64,000 nucleotides of DNA, from positions 2,911,319 through 2,975,318 of the forward strand of contig MU061579.1 of assembly GCA_013265495.1 (NCBI GenBank), given 5' to 3'. Each line of letters starts with the position of its first letter. Position 1 is the stretch's first letter. Origin of the DNA: Vicugna vicugna (Eukaryota). Positions 49,757-59,690 of the stretch are shown one piece after another. Below the pieces are notes generated by a model. The model did no database searches and was not told where the DNA came from. It was given only the letters and a program-made list of their open reading frames with translations. Both the position numbers and the translations under genes were made by a program.

Positions 49757-52700
49757 GCAAGGAGCAAAGGACACTGACTAGAATAAAAACTATGGGTTAG
49801 ATTTTGCGTAGAACCCTAGCCTCTTCGCCTTACTTCTCCATGTAGATTTCCATGTTCTCTGTCCTCTCCTCTACAGCTACTTAAGGCTTTCTGCCTCTAC
49901 CATGGAAAAACTAAATGAGTTGTGGAAGTTTAAGATAAACTTGGTATGAAAAACAGATTTATTCCCAACTTTCATTTATCACAGTCCACTGAATTTATCA
50001 AAAGTGGGTATAATGGGTAGAATTTTTTTTTTAACTTTCTGCTGTTAATCTGGTTTTACTTTGTGGTTGATATCTCACAAGTTATAACCTGATTGATTAT
50101 AAAGGAAAGAGGTAGTAGGCATTTGTGATTTAAATTTCTGAGAAATTTCCCTCAACATGTGTAAAATTATTTATACCATTTTGCAGAAGAAGAAAATGCT
50201 GCCTTATATTCTCAATTAGATTATAAGTAGCCTGTGTTTTTGGATTTCGTTTATATGTTTTTCTTATTGTTTTGCTTACATGATATTTCTCTCTATTTTT
50301 AATGAGATCATTATTTCTAATCTTCAGTAGATACTGATATTTCCTGTGTTGAATTTAATGAAGAAAAATTCCCATTTCAAGAATTAGAATAGATGGAAAA
50401 GAATAAAGGAGCCAGAGAAATAGGATTCGGCATTTCAGATATTGCATTTAAAAAATAAGATAAAAATCTTCATTGCTTCAATTATTAATCAACATAATTG
50501 TGATTATTGTTCTATTGCCTTTTTAAATGAATTTAGATGTTTAAAAATGACTGGAGTAAAGATGATTATTACAGTGCAACTGGCTTACTATGTAGAAAAC
50601 AGTCTTAATTGAAGGATAGATTGTAACTGCTCTTCTGTAATGCAGCTAGAAAAATTGTTTAAAAACATTCTAAAGTTGGTTTTTCATGTACTACATGCAA
50701 ATTACATGAACAAGAGAGGTATGTCATGTGGTGGATGAGATTAACTATTTTACAAACACTTTAGAGAAGTGTTTAAAAATGTGTAACAACCATAATAAAA
50801 ATATATGCTAAAAAAGAATTAGAAAACGTGAAAGATTACTGAAGAATTAAATATGTAATTAACCAGAACTTACTTTCAGCCTTTCACTTAACTTATTTTT
50901 ACTAGAATGAAAATTAGTTATTATCATCAACATCACTTTGAAACTGGACTTTCATTCGATAAAAAAAAATAATTATTAAGAGGTAGAAGGAAGCTGTGAT
51001 CAAATTTTGCTGTGTCTCTTCTGTTAGGAACACCATTTCATAATTCTGTAAATTCTATTTCTAACCTTCATTTCTATACTGGATTTTAGAACCCATAAGG
51101 GGACATTCAAAATAGCATGAGGAGAACTTCATATTTTCCAAAATTAATCTTCTAATTAAAATTAAATGGAAAAGTATCAGTATGAAATATATTTTGAAAT
51201 TTTACAAATGACTGAAGCTATAGTAATCCATTCCAAGCTTTGTGAGTGAAGTGTTCTCACAAAGGGTAAAAGCAGCACCTCCATCACTTTCTGAAGACAC
51301 GTTATGTCTGAGCGTCTGTGAAACCATCACAGGGAAGAGGCACTGCATGCGTCGGCTTCAATTAGTTAGCTGTGCCACTTTTGGGGGTTGTTGCTCATCA
51401 TGAACTGACATTTTCCATCATTTGCAACCGAAAGAGAAAAGCAGAAATGACCTCAATATGTTGGTTTGTGGAACCACACACCATAAAAATCCCAGCTGGT
51501 GCTGATCTGAACCAATGAATGCAACAGGGATAAGTGCTTCTGTTTTGTCTTTAGTGGAATTCCTTGGCCATATGCAGGAGAAGCAGTTGTGAACTTTTCA
51601 ACAACAGCTAGAGTGAAAAATAAGGATGCAGGAAGGTGATGTTTCCAGCAAAATCGCACTCCAGATATGCCCTCGCTCAGCAGCCTCTGTGCAGTGTGCA
51701 CTCATTTGATAATACTGCCATGTGGGTATTGGGGTGTGCTTTCAAATGGGGGATTTTTATAGTAAAAAACATCAGAATTAACGTCACTCGTTTAATAAGG
51801 GTATAGAAAACAAATGGTTACCCCACTATTATAAAGATCTTAAATTCATCTTTGATTATTCCAGAAGAGTAAACACACATGCCAGAAAATTTCATCCAGA
51901 TATGGTGCTCTAACATCTTCCCTTAATTTATTTTACCACGTAGGAAACAAAGACAGACAGAGAGTATTGTGAAAGATATACCTAATGTGATTATTATTGA
52001 TAGCTCAACTGAGACCGATTCCCAAATGCCATGAATTCTCTACCAGGAGTTTTGTGAGACAACACTTTGCTACTCTTCAAAAATATGCCTGTATAATTTT
52101 TATAGGAATTTAGCAAGAAAACACAATTTCTTTCTGTATAATTAACAATAAAAGCCTCACTTGGGTTTTAAAAAGAAGGACATTTAAATGTTTTTTATCT
52201 ACTCATCACATCTACTCACCACTGTAAAACTTCCAAACACAGAGATTTTTCTCCAAATTTTGACCACTTGATGATTCTTACAGGCATGTTTTTTGCTATA
52301 TGGTGACTAATGTGGTAACTAACACCATGATTTCCATGTTAACTCACAGAACATTTTGATTTGATTACTTGGTTTTAGTAGTACATCCATATTATATCTG
52401 ATTTGAAGTTTGGGTCTATAACTCCTCTTTGTAACCAGAAATATCTTGACAGACATCATTTTATTTTTGACCTTGATTTTTTGGTAGGACAGTATTTTGG
52501 AGAATGGTTTTGAGGATTAAAATATATTCCTGGTGTTATTTAGGCAGCATATTATTTTTATTTTAAAGCTATTTAAATTTTCAACAATCCGTAAATCCAC
52601 ATACGGCTCCGTATGGTATGGAAGTCTCAACTTCCTAAGGAATTTAGGTAGATGGTGATTAAACATGGCATTGTATTATAGACTAAGGGGAAAGGTTTCT

Positions 52701-52866
52701 GACAACTTCAGGTGGAAATTTAGTTTGATACTCAATGAGAAAATACCTATTAAATGACTTTAATTTAGAAAAAAATCTTTTTTTCTGTATTTCTATAAAA
52801 TTTTAGGAAAATAATGCTGAGATTAAATAAAACATGATAAAACAAAGAAATAACTTTAAGCATAGC

Positions 52867-52912
52867 TTTTTTAAAAATTTTTTATTGATTTATAATCATT
52901 TTACAATGTTGT
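52867..52912 (-). mobile_element. Extremely 5'-truncated camelid-type L1 tail (~45 bp)
   Basis: ttttttattgatttataatcattttacaatgttgt; loose TSD ttaagcatagcttt / ttaaaacagtagcttt. Confidence 0.75.
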
Positions 52913-53244
52913 ATTAAAACAGTAGCTTTCAAAATTAAGTATGTGTTCTTTCATTTTTAAACTGCCCTGGTAATGTTTCCTTATGATGTTGTCCAGTTCA
53001 CAGAAAGGCATAAAACTTATGTAAAGTTGTGTAGTAGACAGATTGTTCTTTAAGCGCTCCCAGTAATACTGATCTGAGTTTCAAAAAGTGCCTCTTTATG
53101 GTCCACTGCTGTTTTGTCTTAACTCAAGACCTCTAAATGACACATTCCATTTGATTGGCCTGTTCTGTTTCTTTATCAGTGTCAAAAGGACATTGTTTTT
53201 CCATGGGATGTAGGTCAATAAATAAGTAAACTATGAAAAACAAA

Positions 53245-53480
53245 GAACTGGAAAATAGTTTGAGTACTGTGTCCGCCAATACTGAATTTGAGTATTTACT
53301 CCCAAATCTTCTGGTTCTGAGATGTTAGGTTAACTGTTCACTGTTACGAGTGTTGGTTTCCTCATCTTTCAAATAAGGGTAAAAATCACTGCTAGGTAAT
53401 GTTGTGATGACGGACACCGATTACAATGACTATATATAAACAGAAATTTCACGTGAATATGTAGACATGGCTTAGTATGA
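53245..53480 (+). mobile_element. MIR fragment
   Basis: gagatgttaggttaactgttcactgttacgagtgttggtttcctcatctttcaaataaggg...gttgtgatga. Confidence 0.75.
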
Positions 53481-53894
53481 TTTTAAAATCCATGTTTTCA
53501 TTACCTCATGAGAGGCACACGTGTAAGATACGTCTGTCACCTTCCTTCCTGCAAGCGTGGGGCATATCACTCCTGTCCGAGTGGTCCTTTCTGGTGAACT
53601 CTGATGTAATCTCTAATCTTTTTCTGTCACTGTGGATTATATTTGTCACAAGGGAAAAAAAAAAGCAAGAAAAACATGATTAATATCTGCGCTATGTCAC
53701 GCCAACTTCCCCCAAAGTTTCCTTATCACTTCCTAAATAAAATATAAAAAACTTTAAATAGAAAAGATGTTGAAGTAAATGTAATCTTTTATTAAACTCA
53801 CAATCACTTCCTACTCTTGCTAAACAAATATCTCATTCCATACTTTCTAAAGCTCAAGAATCTTTATTGTCACATGTTATGTGATTATTGGTAC

Positions 53895-54400
53895 GTGTCA
53901 GTCAGGACTCCTGGTAGAGGGGTCAGAAATTCATTTCTGACTAGCGTAGGGGAAAAAAATGAATATATTTTATCAGGATATAGTTATATAGAGTGTGTGG
54001 AGTGAATGTGGTTTCACACAACACTGATTCCAGGATTTGAAACAATGTCATTAGGACTGTTTCACGCTTGCTATCTCCCACTCTTTTTCCCTCGGAGTGT
54101 TCTTCTTCCAACTTGTACTCTCTCTTAGCAGCCAAGATGTTTCCAGAGAGTCCCAGGCTTTTGTAATTTTTAAGGTTCATGACCTCAGGAGAAGATAGAT
54201 GCTCGTCTCCTCTGGCATCTTTATAAACATCTATCAAGGGAACTTGAGTCTGTCTAAGTCATAAGCTCACTCCTGGAACAATCTCTGTGTTCAGGGAGGT
54301 AACGTCCTCTGGGCCAGCTGGTCACTCCTGTGGCTGACCCAGTGGGAACAAGTAAGCCAGGTGACCACCCCTCCAAAAAAAAGGATTCCATGGTGACACA
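53895..54400 (-). mobile_element. ERVL-MaLR MLT1K/L-type LTR
   Basis: tgtcagtcaggactcctggtagaggggtcagaaattcatttctgactagc; aaacaatgtcattaggac; gtcataagctcactcctggaacaatctctgtg. Confidence 0.7.
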
Positions 54401-55479
54401 ATAAGAGGGAAAGATTACCACTCCTCAGTCTTTGCTTAAAATTTTCAGTGCTATTTGACTTTTCATAAGACAGTGAAGAATTTTTATTACTTGAAGCAAT
54501 GTAAAAACAACATTGGGAAAAGAGAACTTTCTAAACCATATATTTTACCAGTTCATCTGTGATTATTTCCCTTTTCAAAATGTGCATCTATCCATTGTGG
54601 GATTGTCTTGCTCTTATGATATGTACCCTTCCCTGCACCTCTGAAGAATTTAAACAGTAATGTCAGCAAATCCAATAGTTACAGATTGAGTGTGTAAGTA
54701 TACAAGTTTACAATTTCCACATAAAGACTAAATATCCTTAATAAATACACACACACAGAAACACACACGGAAATATTCAAAATGCACTTCTACTTATCTG
54801 AAAGAATTGAAAACTGAGTATACATAACTAATATTCTGTTTAATTATAGCCTCTTGAGATATTGGAGGTCTCCTAAATTATATTCCTGTGTTTCTCCCCA
54901 AAGCTGAGAACCAAATTAGAGGCAAAAGATTCAGGAATATGGAAATTAAAATACCATTGCTAATACTGATTTAGTGACATGGTAATATGACCTAGGTCTG
55001 CAGGCTAATGGGGTTCAAGCAGAGACACTTAATTCCCTGGTCGCAGCAATACTGGTCAACTGTCAGCTTTCAGCTGCAGGGACAGAACCTGCTCTGACCA
55101 TTTTGGTCAAAGCAGGAGAGACCATGGTGTCTCCACAATCAAATACACTCATGGCCAATGGCCAGTTCCTTCTCCTGAACTCACCAGCCAGTTAAGTCAT
55201 TTCTCCTGTTTGAAGAGAAATAAAGCCAGGAATATTACTCTAGTCCAGATCCTACAAAATGGAAATGTGATGCCAATAGAAAGTAGATTCCCTCTAAATA
55301 TTACCATTTATATGGTTGAAGAATTATAAACTTGGAAGGTCTATAACTGCCATTTGGCTCAAAATTCTCATTATGTAGCTAATAAGTCTGAAGCCCAGAC
55401 ACATTCAAGGATGAAGTTTGATGTAGCAAAGCTAATAAATGACTTGAACTAAGCTTTGAGTTTGTCCTCATTTCTTTTA

Positions 55480-55830
55480 CTTATATATTTATTTAGCAAA
55501 TATTAATATATATTAGGAAATCAAACTAAACTCCATGGATTCATTTTCATCAAGGCAGACAGTGCCTTGACATCACAAATCTTACAGTCCAGAAGAAGAG
55601 ACTGTTCAGCAAATAAGCAATTAATTTTTTAAAATGTTTTGATAAAGAAAGTTTATTGTAGTTAAAAAAAAAAAACAGAAAATTGGTTTCAGGGAAGACT
55701 CCTGAAACAATTTATCTCTCAACTGAGGATGAACTAAGTAGGTGAAGCAAAATGTGGATGGGATTTGGGGTTGGGGGCAGTGATAACACAACAGGCACTC
55801 ATATGAAGACGGAATAAAGTTTGTCTTTAA
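55480..55830 (-). mobile_element. L2 3' fragment
   Basis: atttatttagcaaatattaat...agacagtgccttgacatcacaaatcttacagtccag...tcagggaagactcctgaaaca. Confidence 0.65.
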
Positions 55831-55888
55831 GAGAGACAGAGACAGAGACAGAGAGACAGAGAGATAAAGAGACAGAGAGACAGAGAAA
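55830..55888. repeat. (GAGACA)n repeat
   Basis: gagagacagagacagagacagagagacagagagataaagagacagagagacagag. Confidence 0.9.
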
Positions 55889-56847
55889 GTAGATAATGTG
55901 TGACTGGAATTTAGAAAAGTAAAAATGTATTTATCACTCATTCACTGTTGAGCCTGCCACACTGTCCCTCTGGAGAACCATTATTGGAAACATGAAGTAA
56001 GACTATCATTCAGGTCATAGAGGTACAATCTGAAAATTTGTGAAGTTCAACCTAAGTGGACAGAAGCAAAAGATAAGCTGATAAAGAAAAAGCATTCATA
56101 GGGGAATGAAGATGTGCTTTTTACGAGTAAAATAGGTCGATGCCCAGATAATAAGAGAAGGAAAGAGTGAACAAAAGAGATAAAGAGAGAAATCAAAAGA
56201 TAAAATATGCATTTATGCATCTACATATGCTCTCAGATAAGTGGAACTAATAGTTTTTAACAAAATTTCTGACATGAATAGTTCCTCGATATATCTGTTT
56301 TCTGTATTTCCCTAGCTGACAATAATTTCTAATGCATGATTTCTTGAGAGAAGCCATCATTTTTCTTTTGATTTGAATGGGAGGTCAATCTTTCAATATT
56401 TTATTGTTTAATAATCTAGAAGGTGGATGTAGACTCACTTTGATTAATGGATTTTAACAACACAATAATTATGTTGTCTAACTTGAAACTTTATTCCATC
56501 ATTCAGCCAGGTATTGTGGTTCACACTTCTGAAATAGAATTTGAAGGTCGGGATAGGTTAGATAAAGGACAGTGAGAAATAGATTTATGTCTCCTTGAAT
56601 TTAACTCCAATTCTGATTAATGATAACTAAAGCCAAATTCTAACGGTTGCAAAGTGGCATATGATTCCTAATCCTTTGCATGGGACACAGGGTCCTTTAT
56701 GACGTGGATAAAGGGCATATTTCCAATCTCATCTTTTATATTTACAGATGAAATAGAACCCCCGAGTTCACAGGGCCTCAGGGCTGTTATTCAGCACCAT
56801 TCCTCCTGCTTCTGCCCCCTCCACCCCCAGACTCACATCAGCCACCA

Positions 56848-56950
56848 TCTTCTCTCTCTCTCTTTTTTCTCTTTTCCTTCTTTCTTTCTTCCTTCCTTCT
56901 TTTCCTTTCCTTTCCTTTCCTTTCCTTTCCTCCCTCCCTCCCTCCCTCCC

Positions 56951-57038
<88 letters not shown>
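56848..57038. repeat. Compound polypyrimidine STR ending in perfect (CTTT)~21
   Basis: 191 nt with no purine on the + strand; explains the KERKKERK/FFLS ORFs. Confidence 0.97.
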
Positions 57039-59479
57039 GATCCCTAACACCTCCAGGCAGTTTGCTATTTCTCCTTTCTGTTCCCACAGCACACAGCAAA
57101 TAAACCCTTTAATCATTCTTAATACTCATACTATCTGGTTACTTGGAAAAACACACACATTACATACAGCTCATCATGGATACATAGCTTGGATATGTAG
57201 TATGGTATTTATTCACATTTTCAGCATCCAACTTGGAGTGTTTAGGGAATTAGTATCATATAACAGAGGGCTGTTTCCTCCAGATTGGATGAATGAGTGG
57301 ATGAATGAATGAAAAAAATCAAAGAAATATGCAGTGAGAGTTAAAAACATTAGATTGCAAGTTGGAGGAGTGTGTCGTGAAGGTCACAGATTAGAATTTC
57401 TGCCTGGATATGTCACATGTTGCATCCTGGCCCTGGAGACTTGCAGATCCAGAAAGCTGAGTTGAAGGTAATCAGAGTGGGAGAGGTCAAGTATTTGTGA
57501 GGTTAACACGTCTTCGTGTATATTCTAGTCACATTTCATGATAACAGGAATTGTAAAATTGAGGAAAATGGTGAGCCAGATTTTATTTTCCTCTTGATTA
57601 TGATACAAAAAGGAAAGAAAATAATTTAGGGGAAAAAAAAGTCCATGTCAAAATTTAAAAAAAAATAGTTTTAGATTTCCTCACTTAAAAGAACTCCCTT
57701 CTTTCAAAGAATAAGACCCAAAGTGATGTTTATCTTTCCTGCAGAATGCAACCTCCCCAGGTGTCCAATCAGTACACAAGTACAGAATCCCTTTATGAAG
57801 CTTACACAGGAACACAGCTTAGCTTAAGATCCAACTGACATTTTGGAACCCTGCTAAGGATTTAAGATCAGACGCTTTGGATCCATTTTTCCTTATAATA
57901 TAAAAATTATTCAGGTCTACAAATGGGCAGATAAAGCTAAAATACTAAATCTTTCTCACACGTTGTGCCATAAACATGTTTCCTTGCATTTTGGTCTGAA
58001 AGAACAGATGCTCTAAGAGGGCAGGGTCAGTATAAAACCATAATTTATGAACTAGTCTACCTGAAGTGAATCTCACATATAGTACTTGTAGCAGTTAACG
58101 CAGGCTTTGTTGCCCCTGCCCAAGAGGCAGTGTGACTTCATGTTCTATTGAATATCCCTGCAAGTCTTTAGCTGTTACTTTATCACAGGAATAACAATCT
58201 GAAATAATTAACTTATTTTTTAATATGAGTCAAGCTTCCTGTTTTATGAACTATATATAGTTTCATCCTAAAAATTCTTGGAAATTTACACATTTCTGCC
58301 ATCTTGAAAGATGATTTCAATATCCCTGGGGGTACCTACCATAAGCCTCACAATTTATTCATCTCTTTTGATGCTTCTCATCACCTTAGCTCCAAGGAGT
58401 TAATAATCTAACTCCAGCTACTTTGTCACACCCATATAAACTACAGTTGTTACCACAAGTGTATATTTAATACTGTTCTTGTCATGTAGTAAGTATGAAA
58501 AAAATAGTAAATGTAGTTAGTGACACATTCATCTACTCAACTTCTTGGTTCCTCAGTAACAAAGGGAAATGGAGTTAGTGAGATTACTTTTCATTGAAAA
58601 AACTGTTGGAATAAGTTTTAATTATCGTGATAATAATGACTTCCTCTTTGGGGTGCATTTATTGGGACTCCCCTTGCTTGTTTCTCTCCTCTTGTGGAAA
58701 ACGATTTTATTCTGCTTGCTGTCTGATGTCTGTAAACAATTGTTTCATACAGTTTATCCAATTACGTAGTTGTCCACAGTGATAGGGCTAGTTTAGTACT
58801 GGTTTCTCCATTCCAGCTAGAATCAGAAATTCCACATCTCATGTCTCTCTTCTGCCAGGAAGGAGGATTTCAATTTAGCACTCTCTATTCTCCCAAAACC
58901 CTGGGAGCATGAGCACTCTAAGAGCAAGGACCATGACGTGTCTCGCATGCCCAGCATCCTGGCTCATGGTACACGCTAAGCATGATAATACATGGAGGAA
59001 GGAGGCTGAACTTCCTCACTCCTCAAACATTCTAGGCTGTTTCTCTGCCTTGACATATTTTTAACTATCATCAGGGATCAATAAGAAATAAATTCAAGCA
59101 GATAACCCCCAAAATGAATGTCTTATGTGTTGTATTAGTTTTAAAAAAAAACATTATTAATTGCATCCTATAGATAATAACATTAAATAAATTAAAATAT
59201 ATAAATATACATATTGATGTATATTTTTATGTAAATATATGTATGTGTATATCTATCTATGTATCTATACAGAGACAATCTTACAGTCAGCCAGTTCTTT
59301 TCTAAGATGGCTTTATATTTTGTTTGCATGCAGATCACTGCAGATTTGTAAATGTGCCACATTCTCTATTGTTTACACACCTTCTTGTCCTCTTCAACAC
59401 AGGCGTCATTCTACTTGGAAACATCATACATGCACACAAACACACACTCCCATCACCACCACCACTAGTACATCTGCTT

Positions 59480-59690
59480 TCTGAGAATTCTTTTCAACTA
59501 AGTTTATATTTTATCTGTATGTATTACATTTGCTGTTTTGCTTCCTTGGCTTTGCCACTGGTCTTTGGACTCCTTGGGGAAAGAAATTATGTCTTGGTGT
59601 TGTTTTGCTTTCCAGGCACTAACACAGTGCTTGACATAAAACAGGAAAACAACAACACTATGTTTGGTCTATAAATAATCTTTATTAATT
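59480..59690 (+). mobile_element. L2 3' terminal fragment
   Basis: actccttggggaaagaaattatgtcttggtgttgttttgctttccaggcactaacacagtgcttgacataaaacagg. Confidence 0.8.

Noticed and set aside
50755..50775. 8-bp inverted repeat aaacactt-n5-aagtgttt
   Set aside because: AT-rich and expected by chance in 64 kb.
837..54400. Repeat strand bias as evidence for a host gene's orientation
   Set aside because: L1 and LTR elements occur on both strands in similar numbers; not informative.
56699..57116. Lys/Glu/Arg-rich and Phe/Leu/Ser-rich ORFs
   Set aside because: Translations of the (CTTT)n microsatellite.
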